A stretch of 64,000 nucleotides of DNA from Candidatus Binatia bacterium (lineage in GTDB: Bacteria > Desulfobacterota > Binatia > HRBIN30), in NCBI GenBank assembly GCA_038245295.1, contig JBBRSP010000008.1:96001-160000 (forward strand). Direction: 5' to 3'. Shown piece by piece: positions 10,695 through 22,912 of the stretch. Each line of letters begins with the position of its first letter. The stretch's first letter is position 1. The translations under genes were made by a program, and so were the position numbers. Below the pieces are notes generated by a model, which saw nothing but the letters and a program-made list of their open reading frames with translations, was not told the origin of the DNA and did no database searches.

Positions 10695-12193
10695 CAGAAG
10701 GCTGCCGCAAAGCGCTCGGCGGTTTCACGTGTCGCGCTGGTGTAGGTGGAGCTGAAACACTGGCTCGGTTGGGATTCCTTCACCAGTTGAACGATAACCT
10801 GCGGATCACGGCGCAACAGCGGCGTCGGTGCCACCGCCGCCGGCATCCGTAGATTGAGGCCGCCGATGCGCAACACGACACGCGCCTTGCCGGTGCCGGG
10901 CACGAGGGTGATTGCCTTCATCCCATCCACCGCGGCGGTGCGATCACGATACTTGAAGCCGTCGCGTCGCATGGCCGTCCAGTTGTTCCCCGCCAACACG
11001 CGGGCGCTGCCGGCCAGCGCCGCCACGCCGCCGCTTGATTGGTAAACGCAAAGCGAGAAGCCTGGACCAGCAGTCGTCGGATCGCCGAACAGAGCGGCCG
11101 TGGGGATCGTACCTTTGCGCCAAGACCACGCCAACGTATCGCGCTTCGTGCCGAGCCGCCGCACGGTCAAACGCGATGCTCCCGGCGTGAGGCAGTCGTT
11201 GCGCGGCTGCGCCGCACATGTGCTCAGGCGCAACGTCAATGCCAGCTGATCGGCGAAACCACCGTCATCGGATACGAGCACCAGACTATGGTCGCCATTG
11301 GCCAAACGCGGCCCGATGCTGATGCCTTCGAAGTTTGCCGTCGTGTAGGTGTTCTCCCACAGCAGCGTCTTGCTGATCGGCGTGAAGGAGGCCGATGCCA
11401 GGGACGCGTCGGCTGACGTGTCTGTAGCGGTGCTGCGGTCGAGGGCATAGATCCGTGACCGGAAGAAGGTGTCGCGTCCGAAGGCGCGTTCGAGAGCCAG
11501 CAATTCGCCGTCTGGAAGGACGAGAAGATCCGACACGCCGCTCGCTTCGACGTCGCGTCCGGGCATCAATAGATCACCCGGGATCTCGTCGGTCATGTAC
11601 GCCCACTGTCCGGCAGCATTGCCGTTGGCGTCGAAGCGCTGCACACGGATGGTTGAGCCGTGGGTGAAGTTAGAGACTGGTCCGTCGATGCTGAGTGCCT
11701 CTTCGTTGGCGGTCCACAACGCTCCACTGCGCGGATCACGCGCTAGCGACTCGAGAGAGAGATTGCTGCGCACCGAGCTGAAGACGGCGGGCAGGGCGAG
11801 GGTCGCTATTTCGGCGCCACCACTCAGGGAAAAGCGGCGAATAGCCGGTCCGGTTTCGTCGCTGATCCACGCCGACAGGCCATCGCCGGCCAACGCAATC
11901 CCTTCGAGATCGTAGCCGGTGACATACGCCGCGGTGCCGGCACTGGCGCTCTGGATCGCACCGGTGGTTGGATCGAGCACGACGTTCAGCGGGTACAGCC
12001 GTGCGCCGTCGTCGGAGACAGCGAAATATTGTGACCCGCCGGCCCAGGCGATGCCGCTGAGCTCCGAAGCGCCGCCTGTTCCAGCATCGATCGGGTAGGC
12101 ATCCTGGTCGGAGGAGCCGACGGTCCACGCCTGTACCGCCGCGACGCAGGACACGAGCGCCGCTGCCAATACAAAGCCACCGCGACAACGCAT
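10694..12193 (-). CDS. Secreted phytase-like (esterase-like activity of phytase) beta-propeller with Cys-containing C-terminal domain
   Basis: Signal peptide, ELSGI, AVSDD, DLEGIA, ISDE, NLSLESLA, LALER, NFEGI, LVSDD. Confidence 0.75.
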   Translation of the reverse strand: MRCRGGFVLAAALVSCVAAVQAWTVGSSDQDAYPIDAGTGGASELSGIAWAGGSQYFAVSDDGARLYPLNVVLDPTTGAIQSASAGTAAYVTGYDLEGIALAGDGLSAWISDETGPAIRRFSLSGGAEIATLALPAVFSSVRSNLSLESLARDPRSGALWTANEEALSIDGPVSNFTHGSTIRVQRFDANGNAAGQWAYMTDEIPGDLLMPGRDVEASGVSDLLVLPDGELLALERAFGRDTFFRSRIYALDRSTATDTSADASLASASFTPISKTLLWENTYTTANFEGISIGPRLANGDHSLVLVSDDGGFADQLALTLRLSTCAAQPRNDCLTPGASRLTVRRLGTKRDTLAWSWRKGTIPTAALFGDPTTAGPGFSLCVYQSSGGVAALAGSARVLAGNNWTAMRRDGFKYRDRTAAVDGMKAITLVPGTGKARVVLRIGGLNLRMPAAVAPTPLLRRDPQVIVQLVKESQPSQCFSSTYTSATRETAERFAAAF

Positions 12194-12736
12194 TCAGATG
12201 CCTATGTGGTCCTTCGACGGCGGCGGCATCTCGCCGTCGCGCAGCCACTTCTTGACCTTGCGCTTATAGAGATCGCGCTTCAGCCGACTGATGCGATCGA
12301 TGAACAGCTTGCCTTCGAGATGGTCGATCTCGTGTTGCAGCGCGACGGCGAACAGATCTTCCGCCTCGATGGCGATCTCGGTTTGATCCACCGACCAACC
12401 TTTCACCAGAACACGCTTGGCGCGTGTCACCTCGGCGTTGAAGTCGATGACACTCAGGCAACCTTCTTCCCAGACAATCGTGCCCTCGGCTTCGGCGATG
12501 ACTGGGTTGATGAGTTTGACGAGATTTTTCCCAGGATTTTCCGTATCGACGTCGAGCACGATGACACGCTCGGCGACGCCGACCTGCGGCGCGGCCAGAC
12601 CAATACCCGGCGCTTTGTACATCGTCTCGACCATATCCTGGACGAGACTGCTGATGTCGCCGGTAATGTTTTCGACGGGCGCCGCCTTCTCCTTCAGGGA
12701 AGCTGCCGGAAACGTAAGGATGATCCGCGTTGCCAT
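12194..12736 (-). CDS. def: Peptide deformylase
   Basis: GIGLAAPQVG, EGCLS, QHEIDHLEG. Confidence 0.97.
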   Translation of the reverse strand: MATRIILTFPAASLKEKAAPVENITGDISSLVQDMVETMYKAPGIGLAAPQVGVAERVIVLDVDTENPGKNLVKLINPVIAEAEGTIVWEEGCLSVIDFNAEVTRAKRVLVKGWSVDQTEIAIEAEDLFAVALQHEIDHLEGKLFIDRISRLKRDLYKRKVKKWLRDGEMPPPSKDHIGI

Positions 12737-12888
12737 AGGCGTTCACCTTTAAGAGCCAAACCCCGCCCTCGCAAGGCCGCTGTCGGCGACGCCGACGGTT
12801 TCACCCGTCACCCGTCACTCTTTTTTGAATGTGCCGTCGCGTCGCAGCGTCACTGCCAAAAGCGCAATCTAATCCTAAGGAGGCCCAC

Positions 12889-13308
12889 ATGCGTAAGCGG
12901 CTGCGTGGTGAGGCAGGGTTCACTCTCATCGAGATAATGGTCGTCGTGTTCATCCTGGGGCTCTTGGTGACCCTGGTGGCGCCAAAGATCATCGGCAAGA
13001 CCGAGGAAGCACGGCGCACGGCGGCCAAGGCCGACGTCAAAGCCATCGAACAAGCGCTCGAAATGTTCCATCTCGACAATGGTGTGTTCCCGACGAGTGC
13101 CGATGGTCTGGAGGCGCTGGTCACTTGCCCGTCGAGCGCCCGCAACTGCTTGCCCGACGGCTACCTGAAGGAAAACAAGAGAGATCCCTGGGGCAATCCC
13201 TATGTCTTCTTTACCGATGGCAGACACGTGCTGGTCAAGTCGTACGGTGCCGACGGCCACGAAGGCGGCGACGGACACGCTGCCGACATCAGCAGCTCCA
13301 GCATCTGA
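12889..13308 (+). CDS. gspG: Type II secretion major pseudopilin
   Basis: G-FTLIEIMVV prepilin site, DPWGNPY, SYGADG; AAGGAGG SD. Confidence 0.9.
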   Translation: MRKRLRGEAGFTLIEIMVVVFILGLLVTLVAPKIIGKTEEARRTAAKADVKAIEQALEMFHLDNGVFPTSADGLEALVTCPSSARNCLPDGYLKENKRDPWGNPYVFFTDGRHVLVKSYGADGHEGGDGHAADISSSSI

Positions 13309-13366
13309 ACAACCACCGCGCAAACGTCTGGCGTTGGTCAGCCCGATATCAGGTGCAAACCCCGCC

Positions 13367-14911
13367 TCACCTCAAACGCTCGAGCAAATGGTCGCCGACG
13401 CGCAGCGCATTGGCCATGATTGTCAACGCCGGATTGACCGCCGAGCTCGAGGCGAAGAATGCGCCGTCGACCACGTAGAGGTTGTCCACGTCATGGGCTT
13501 TGCAATTCGTGTCGAGGACAGAGGTCTTGGCATCGAGCCCGAACCGGCAAGTGCCGTTTTGATGGGCGACGCCGGCGAGCGGGATGCGGCCCGGCACATA
13601 GGCCTGCAGCGGCACGAGATGGTCGTGGCAACCGATCTCTTTGAGCATTGCCTTCAGGGCACCTTGCAGACGCGTGTGTGCCACTTCGTTGTTCGGTGTG
13701 TACGACACCTGGATGCCGCCGCTCTCCGTGAGACTGATGCGGTTGTTGGGATCCGGCAGGTCTTCGGTTGTCAGCCAGAAGGGCAGGGTATGATTGGCCA
13801 TGATCTCGAGTGTCATGCCTGGGACGATCCGCGGTGCCCCGAGGCGCAGGATGTTGGCGTCGACGTTGCCGATCATCGAGATGTGCCCCATCGGGAACTC
13901 CCAGTCGGTCGACGCGTGGTACCAGTCGTTGAGCCCGAAGGTCTTGTTGAAGCGGGTCGGGTTCTTATCGCGCGATACGGCGAGAAACATGGTGTTGACG
14001 TGGCACATGTAGTTGCGCCCGGCCTGATCCGAGCTGTTGGCCAGGCCGTGCGGGTGGCGATCGTTGGCCGAGCGCAACAGCAATGCCGCGGAGTTGATGG
14101 CGCCGGCGGAGGACACGATGACGTCGGCGCTGTAGGCCTCGTCGGCCCCGTTGCGCACGACGTGCACCTTGGTGACCTCGCGCCCCGAGGCGCTGGTCTC
14201 CAAACGCTTCACATAGGCGTCGGTGAGTAGTGAAACGTTGGCGTGCTCGAGCGCCGGATCGACGCAGACAACCTGCGCATCGGCCTTCGCATAAACCAAG
14301 CACGGGTAGCCATCGCACGTGTTGCAGCGGATGCACTTGCTCTTCTCAGGGCGTGCCTCGTCGCGCATGATGCCTACCGGCATCGGAAACGGCCGATGCC
14401 CCAGACGTTTCATGTCGTCGACGAGCTCCTGGATGCGCGGCTCGTGACTCAAGGGAGCGTGCAAGTACGGCGCGCCGGCGGTCGGCTCGGTCGGATCCGT
14501 GCCGCGCTCACCGTGCACTTGATACAAATGCTCCGCCTGCGTGTAGTAGGGCTCGAGCTGCTCGTAGGAGATCGGCCACGCCGGCGAGACGCCACCCTGA
14601 TGCCGCACTTCGCCGAAGTCCTGTTGGCGCAGGCGGATCAGCGCGGCGCCGTAGAATTTGGTGTTACCGCCTACAAAATAGTGTGCCCCGGCGTGGAACT
14701 CCTTGCCCTGCTTGTCGAACCAGGCCTCTTTGATGTTGTAGCGCGCCTCGACATTGACGGCGTGTGAATCCCAGTTTTCCTTCTCGCGCGGCACGTACGG
14801 CCCGCGCTCGATCAGCAGGATGCGCTTGCCGGATGGCGCCAACTTGTAGGCGAGAGTTCCGCCGCCGGCGCCGCTACCGATGATGATGACGTCATAATGA
14901 TTGTCAGCCAT
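13367..14911 (-). CDS. GMC family oxidoreductase
   Basis: GSGAGG FAD motif, VGGNTKFYGA, CIRCNTCDGYPC, HQNGTCRFG, VNPALTIMANALR. Confidence 0.9.
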   Translation of the reverse strand: MADNHYDVIIIGSGAGGGTLAYKLAPSGKRILLIERGPYVPREKENWDSHAVNVEARYNIKEAWFDKQGKEFHAGAHYFVGGNTKFYGAALIRLRQQDFGEVRHQGGVSPAWPISYEQLEPYYTQAEHLYQVHGERGTDPTEPTAGAPYLHAPLSHEPRIQELVDDMKRLGHRPFPMPVGIMRDEARPEKSKCIRCNTCDGYPCLVYAKADAQVVCVDPALEHANVSLLTDAYVKRLETSASGREVTKVHVVRNGADEAYSADVIVSSAGAINSAALLLRSANDRHPHGLANSSDQAGRNYMCHVNTMFLAVSRDKNPTRFNKTFGLNDWYHASTDWEFPMGHISMIGNVDANILRLGAPRIVPGMTLEIMANHTLPFWLTTEDLPDPNNRISLTESGGIQVSYTPNNEVAHTRLQGALKAMLKEIGCHDHLVPLQAYVPGRIPLAGVAHQNGTCRFGLDAKTSVLDTNCKAHDVDNLYVVDGAFFASSSAVNPALTIMANALRVGDHLLERLR

Positions 14912-14949
14912 GAATGCTCCTCGCTTGCGTCCGCCCGACCAGTCAGGCC

Positions 14950-15762
14950 TTAGGCCCGAGCCTTGGCGCTATCGATGCCGCAGAAGATACAACGTTTCAC
15001 ATTGTGGTGGTGCAGTTTGGCGCACCCGGTGTGGGCCCGGCGCCATACGAACAGCTCCGCCGCGGCCAGCATGCCGAATGGCGGCGCCACGAAGTAGATC
15101 CACAGAGCGCTCCAGTCGTGTGCCAACAAGGCCGGCGCGAAGGTGCGGGCTGGGTTCATACTCATGCCGGAAAGTGGCGCCTCGAGGCTGATGTAGGTTG
15201 CGACCAGGACACCACAAAACCAGCCCGTGTAGGGCGCCAGCGTCGAATGGTTGGAGACGATGAGGACAACTGTCATCAACCCAAACGAGATCAGCACCTC
15301 AGCGATGAACGCTATCGCTACGCCTTGCCGGCCGGGGAGCGTGACGATGTAGTTGACGTCTGGTTCACGAATGACGTCGCCCAGCAGCGCCGCGGCGAGC
15401 CCCGTCCCAGCGATCGCTCCGAGAAACTGTGCCGCGACGTAGAAACCGGCGTCCCAATCGGCGACCTTGCCGAGACGCCAGAATGTCAGCGTCACCGCCG
15501 GGTTGAAGTGAGCCCCCGATTGCTTGCCCCAGGGAGAATAGACGATCGCCACAGCGGTCAACCCCATGGCGATTCCAGTCAAAACTCGGCGCAGCATCGG
15601 ATCCGGCATGGCCGCATGGGCGAACGACCCAGGACTCTCCATCAGCGCCACAACCAAACATGCTGACAGCATGAACAGACCTAGCTCAGCCGCTTCCATG
15701 AGGTACTCGGGCCAGTGGGAATGTAGCGCCGCGAGAGGCGTTGCGGTTGAGGAGTCGTTCAT
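14950..15762 (-). CDS. MIP/aquaporin family channel
   Basis: SGAHFNPAVT and SMNPART NPA boxes; start could be 15798 or 15804. Confidence 0.9.
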   Translation of the reverse strand: MNDSSTATPLAALHSHWPEYLMEAAELGLFMLSACLVVALMESPGSFAHAAMPDPMLRRVLTGIAMGLTAVAIVYSPWGKQSGAHFNPAVTLTFWRLGKVADWDAGFYVAAQFLGAIAGTGLAAALLGDVIREPDVNYIVTLPGRQGVAIAFIAEVLISFGLMTVVLIVSNHSTLAPYTGWFCGVLVATYISLEAPLSGMSMNPARTFAPALLAHDWSALWIYFVAPPFGMLAAAELFVWRRAHTGCAKLHHHNVKRCIFCGIDSAKARA

Positions 15763-15829
15763 TGCTTCAAAACCCCAGGTAGTGTTTCGGGTAGGCATTT
15801 CCACCTGCTCCGGAGAGCCCGCGCTGCCG

Positions 15830-16327
15830 TCACGCGATCGCGCTACTCGGACGCGTTCCCACCACCGTCGTCGGTCCGGGCTGGTCGCGGCGCAGACGAA
15901 TCAGGCCGTCGAGCGACAACGGTCCTGCTCCATGGGTCGCGAGCCATACGAGCAAGGTGATGTAGAGGAACTCGACGAGGCCGAAGAGACTGCCGAGAGA
16001 GTCGATCTGATCCCACAGCGCCGTGCGCAGGGCGACACACATGGTGATGATGAGCGGCACCGCCGCGAAACGCGTCGCAAGACCGAGCAGCAAGAGCCAC
16101 CCGCAAACGAATTCCGTTGTCGACGCCATGAGCGCGTTGACCCCCGGCGCCGGGATGCCGAGCTCGGCAAAATACTTGGTCACGTTGTCGAGGCCGTGCA
16201 GCTTCCCCCAGCCGGACTGGGCAAACACCAGTCCAACCGTCAGTCGTGCCAGGGTCGGCGCCACCCAACGCAGAGCATCGCCGATGGCGTCGCCAAGTTT
16301 GTCAATCTTGATCAGCAGGTTCTTCAT
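15830..16327 (-). CDS. DoxX family membrane protein (BufD/HvfX-like)
   Basis: RLTVGLVFAQSGWGKL, EFVCGWLLLLGLATRFAA, GAGPLSLD; GGAGG SD before MKNLL. Confidence 0.9.
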   Translation of the reverse strand: MKNLLIKIDKLGDAIGDALRWVAPTLARLTVGLVFAQSGWGKLHGLDNVTKYFAELGIPAPGVNALMASTTEFVCGWLLLLGLATRFAAVPLIITMCVALRTALWDQIDSLGSLFGLVEFLYITLLVWLATHGAGPLSLDGLIRLRRDQPGPTTVVGTRPSSAIA

Positions 16328-16353
16328 TGTATGCCTCCGTCGCTTCGTGCCCC

Positions 16354-16381
16354 TTCGATGCCGGGCCGGACGTGGCGTTTC
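16354..16381 (-). promoter_or_regulatory. Putative ECF sigma promoter of doxX-MIP-GMC
   Basis: Minus strand GAAAC-N16-CATCGAA; same motif precedes the RiPP precursor and the glucose dehydrogenase. Confidence 0.65.
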
Positions 16382-16421
16382 TGTTCGCAAGAGTCGGGTC
16401 GGCAATGCGCGACCCGGAAGG

Positions 16422-17742
16422 CTAAGCGCCGGCGCGCTTCTCCTCCGGGCGCGACAGGATCGGGGAGCGCTCGGTGGTGTATTGGACCAGATCTTTGGCG
16501 AATAGCAGGTCCAGCGTCCAGTCGATCGCGACACGGATGCGCTTCTCGATGCGTGGTAGCTTGCCGAGATAGATGGTGCGCCACAGGAACCAGGCGAAGA
16601 AGCCCGAGAAGTTGACACCGAGGATATTCGCCACTCCGGTGCGCCGCCCGATGGCGGCAAGTTGCCCCAGGGTCGAGAAGACGAACGGCTTCTTCGCGCC
16701 GCCGCGCACCGTCGCGGCGATGTTGTGCGCCAACACCTTGCCTTCGCGGATGGCGTGCTGCGCTGTCGGTGGATACGCCATTCCCGTGGCGGGATCAGGA
16801 ATCACCGCGCAGTCGCCGACGGCCCACACGCCGGGATGGCCCTTCACCTCCATGAACTCGTCGACGACGATCCGTCCACGCTCCTTGGGGCAGGCAAGAT
16901 CGGCCAGGAGCGGATTCGGAGAAGTGCCCGCCGTCCACACCAAGGTGTTGGTTTCAATGCGCTCGCCGTCGCTGAGAACGACGCAGCCATCGTCGCAGAT
17001 GCTGGCGACACGTGTGCCCGTCCGGATCTCGACGCCGCGTTGCCGTAACTTCTCCTGCGCGTAGGCGCCGAGCTTCGGACCAAGCTCGGGTAAGATCACC
17101 TCACCGGGGTGGACCAGAACAACGCGGATCATCGCTTCGTCGAGGTGCGGGTAACACTCCACCGCCTCGCGTACGAAGTCGTTGAGACCGGCGATTGTTT
17201 CCACGCCCGCAAAACCACCACCGGCGATGACGAAGTTGAGCAGCGGCCGGCGGACCTCCGGTGAACACTCGAAGTCGGCGTGCTCCAGGTTGTTGATGAG
17301 GTGGTTGCGCAGCGCGATCGCATCGCCGAGCGACTTCATCGTCAGCGCCCGTTCCTCGAGTCCGGGCAACCCGAAGAAGTTGGTCACCGTTCCGAGGCCC
17401 AGTACCAGGTGATCAAACGGCAGGGTGTGATGATGGTGCTCGTCGCCGTGCGACACGTCCACCGAGCGCCCGGCGAGGTCGATCGAATCAACCCTGCCTT
17501 TGAAGAAGTTCACCCGTCGCAGCAGTTTGCGGATCGGGCTGACGATGTGGGTCATGTCGAGGTCGCTCGCCGCCACCTCGTGCAGCATGGGCGTAAAGAG
17601 GAAGAAGTTGTCCTGGTTGACCAGGGTGATTTCGACATCGGCGTCACGCGCCAACGTTCGATCGAGGTGCAGCGCCGTGTACAAGCCACCGAACCCGCCG
17701 CCCAGAATGACGATGCGCGTGCACGCACCCTTGCGACTACAT

Positions 17743-17753
<11 letters not shown>
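16422..17753 (-). CDS. ndh: Type II NADH dehydrogenase-like FAD oxidoreductase
   Basis: GGGFGG, FLFTPMLHEVA, GGGFAGVE, WTAG, GDCA, PPTAQHA. Confidence 0.88.
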
Positions 17754-20427
<2,674 letters not shown>

Positions 20428-20545
20428 GTTTCCTCGTTTCTTCATGTTCAACCTCGCGGTGCAAGCGGCGGTCGCACGCGTTCACAACCATCCTCTGCCG
20501 ACTCCGCTTGTCAACGCCGAGAAATTTGTCGTGTCATCCCTGCGC

Positions 20546-20574
20546 TCTGATGCGGCGGGCCGCGACGACGTTTC
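20546..20574 (-). promoter_or_regulatory. Weaker putative ECF promoter of GH63-ndh
   Basis: Minus strand GAAAC-N17-CATCAGA. Confidence 0.4.
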
Positions 20575-20601
20575 GCGGCGCCGACTCCGGAAGCGCAATG
20601 G

Positions 20602-20625
20602 GGTAGGCGCAAGCTTGAGCTTGCG
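20602..20625 (+). repeat. GTAG-type REP (family A variant)
   Basis: GGTAGGCGCAAGCTTGAGCTTGCG. Confidence 0.75.
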
Positions 20626-20715
20626 AAGTGCGGTCAGAGACATGTGCGGCTGCCGATTCTCCCAACGCCGCAGGCTAAAGACCTTCGCCTCGCCGGCGCG
20701 TCGACTGGCGCAACT

Positions 20716-20743
20716 GAAACCTCCGCCGACTTGCGGCTTCTAA
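20716..20743 (+). promoter_or_regulatory. Putative ECF promoter of the RiPP operon
   Basis: GAAAC-N16-CTTCTAA, 45 nt upstream of the precursor ATG. Confidence 0.65.
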
Positions 20744-20788
20744 GGCGGCAGGACCCCGAACGGGGAAACACAAAAGGAGGAGAATGAA

Positions 20789-21043
20789 ATGAAGGCCAAA
20801 GGACTATTGATTGCCGGAGCCGCCGCCAGCTTGCTGTTGACGGGTGTCGTGACGGCCCGCGCCGCCGAAGGCGAAGGCGACGTTGTTTGTCTGGGTATCA
20901 ACGCGTGCAAGGGGCAGGGCAGCTGCCACACGGTCAACAACGAGTGCGCCGGTAAGAACGGCTGCAAAGGCCAGGGCGCGATGAAGGCCAGCGCCGCCGA
21001 GTGTAAGGCCAAGGGCGGCAAGGTCCGCGAGGACAAGAAGTAG
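20789..21043 (+). CDS. Bufferin-type (BufA2-like) Cys-rich exported RiPP precursor
   Basis: Sec signal ending ARA; six Cys with duplicated CxGxNxCKGQG; AAGGAGG SD; directly upstream of DUF692. Confidence 0.85.
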   Translation: MKAKGLLIAGAAASLLLTGVVTARAAEGEGDVVCLGINACKGQGSCHTVNNECAGKNGCKGQGAMKASAAECKAKGGKVREDKK

Positions 21044-21052
21044 TTCTTCCGT

Positions 21053-21114
21053 ACGCCCTACCCCTACCCCCGACTAAAGTTCTGGTCGGGGGTAGGGCGT
21101 TTTGGGTAGGGCGT
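21053..21114 (+). terminator. Intergenic stem-loop between precursor and DUF692
   Basis: CCCTACCCCCGAC/GTCGGGGGTAGGG 13-bp stem followed by CGTTTT, plus a second GGGTAGGGCGT arm. Confidence 0.55.
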
Positions 21115-21130
21115 CGAGGCCGACAACCCA

Positions 21131-21976
21131 ATGGTCTTCCTTCCACATCTTGGTCACGGCATCGGCCTGCGGCCGCCGCACTATCGGCATGTGCTGGACG
21201 GCAGCGCCAAGGTCGATTTCTTCGAGGTCATCTCGGAGAACTTCATGATCGACGGTGGCCGGCCCTTGCGGGTGCTCGAAGCGGCGCGGCGGAGTGCGCC
21301 GATCGTCCTCCACGGTGTGTCGCTATCTCTCGGCGGCACCGATCCGTTGAACGAGCATTATCTCGATCAACTGGAGGGGCTGATCGAGAGGGTTGAGCCG
21401 GCGTGGGTGTCGGACCACTTGTGTTGGGGTAGCTTCGCCAACCAATACGCCCACGACCTGTTGCCGCTCCCCTACACCGAGGAAGCCCTCAACCATGTGG
21501 CCGAACGCATCGTGCGGGTACAAGACCGCCTGGCGCGCCGCATCCTGATTGAGAACGTCTCGAGCTATGTCACGTTCAAGCATTCGACCATGAGCGAATG
21601 GGACTTCGTCGCGGCGCTGGCGGACAAGGCTGACTGCGGCATCCTGCTCGACGTCAACAATATCTACGTCAGCTCCGTGAACCACAGCTTTGCGATCGCC
21701 GACTACCTCGACGCCATGCCGCGCGAGCGGGTTGGGCAGATTCATCTCGCCGGCCATCAACACAATGGCACACACATCATCGATACCCACGATCATCCGG
21801 TGAGCCTCGAGGTGTGGGATGCCTACGGGGAGACGGTTCGCCGCTGCGGCGGCATCTCGACGTTGATCGAGCGCGACGCCAACATCCCTGGTTTCGAAGA
21901 ACTGCTCGCCGAGTCGCAGCAGGCACGAGCGATCGAAGCGGAGAGTCTCGATGAACGACGCACCATCGCTGCGTGA
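21131..21976 (+). CDS. DUF692 multinuclear non-heme iron oxidative enzyme (BufB-like)
   Basis: GIGLRPPHY, EVISENF, HGVSLSLG, SDHLCW, DLLPLPYTEE, ENVSSY, LLDVNNIYV, HLAGH, IDTHD, ERD. Confidence 0.95.
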   Translation: MVFLPHLGHGIGLRPPHYRHVLDGSAKVDFFEVISENFMIDGGRPLRVLEAARRSAPIVLHGVSLSLGGTDPLNEHYLDQLEGLIERVEPAWVSDHLCWGSFANQYAHDLLPLPYTEEALNHVAERIVRVQDRLARRILIENVSSYVTFKHSTMSEWDFVAALADKADCGILLDVNNIYVSSVNHSFAIADYLDAMPRERVGQIHLAGHQHNGTHIIDTHDHPVSLEVWDAYGETVRRCGGISTLIERDANIPGFEELLAESQQARAIEAESLDERRTIAA

Positions 21977-22748
21977 GTTGCAGGCGCAGTTCTTCACAGC
22001 GATTGCGGCAGAGCCGAATGGCGACGCCACCGAGTCGGCGGTACTTGTACACATCGATGCCAGCCACACCCAGTCGGCGGCCGAACGTCTGCAGGTCTAC
22101 GTGGACGCGTATTATGGGCGGCTTGTCGAATCGATGCGCGAGACGTACCCGAAAGTCAGCGCCTGCATCGACGAAGAGGCGTTCAACAATCTCGTCGCGG
22201 TATACCTACAGGAGCACCCGTCGCGGCATGCGTCGATCAGCTACGCTGGTGCCAGCTTTGCCGGGTTCCTGGACGAATGCGGCAGTCTGCCCCCTTTCAT
22301 TGGTGATCTGGCGCGAGTGGAGTGGGCCCGCGCGATGGCCTTCGAGGCGAGGGACGAGGCGGCCGCCGGTTTGGCCGCGGTACAGTCGATGACGCCATCA
22401 CAACTCTTGCAACTGCGCTTCTCTCCCGTGGCGTCTTGCGTGACACTTCGCAGTGCCTGGCCCATCGACACGATCTGGCGCGAACCCCACGCCGAATGGG
22501 GGGAGCAGGCGACCACGCTGCGCGTTTGGCGCACGCCGGAGGGGCAGGTCTTCCACAGCCGCCTCGACGAGATCGAGGCCGACGCATGGCAGCGAATGTT
22601 GGGCGGCGAAACGTACGCCGAGATCTGCGATGCCTTTGCCGATCTACCCGATAACGAGGCGGCGCAACGGGCTGTCTCGACGTTGGGCAGCTGGCTCGCG
22701 ACCGGGCTGTTGCGCCTTGAGAAAACTGAGCCGGACAGCGCAGGCTGA
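21951..22748 (+). CDS. DUF2063 MNIO partner protein (BufC/HvfC-like)
   Basis: LRELQAQF, RLQVYVDAYYGRL, YPKV, DLARVEWA, LRVWR; overlaps the DUF692 end. Confidence 0.85.
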   Translation: MNDAPSLRELQAQFFTAIAAEPNGDATESAVLVHIDASHTQSAAERLQVYVDAYYGRLVESMRETYPKVSACIDEEAFNNLVAVYLQEHPSRHASISYAGASFAGFLDECGSLPPFIGDLARVEWARAMAFEARDEAAAGLAAVQSMTPSQLLQLRFSPVASCVTLRSAWPIDTIWREPHAEWGEQATTLRVWRTPEGQVFHSRLDEIEADAWQRMLGGETYAEICDAFADLPDNEAAQRAVSTLGSWLATGLLRLEKTEPDSAG

Positions 22749-22813
22749 AGCCTGCGCCTACCCGTCTGGATCTCCAGATAACGCAATACGGTAGGCGCAG
22801 GCTTCAGCCTGCG
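22739..22813. repeat. Inverted REP pair (REPIN/BIME-like, family A)
   Basis: 22739-22762 and its reverse complement at 22790-22813; the first copy supplies the DUF2063 stop codon. Confidence 0.85.
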
Positions 22814-22912
22814 GTGTTCGGGCATTGTCGCCACACGCCTTGAGCCTGCGCGCTTGTGACTCGACCTTTCCCGAACAAGCATGGTAAGACCACGACCGCT
22901 TCCGAAGAGCGC

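Noticed and set aside
16328..16660. N-terminal extension of the DoxX ORF
   Set aside because: Overlaps ndh; SD and promoter motif support the start at 16327
21131..21976. DUF692 as methanobactin MbnB or TglH-type enzyme
   Set aside because: The precursor has a Sec signal and BufA2-like Cys repeats and the partner is DUF2063; no MbnC, TonB receptor or PEARL gene
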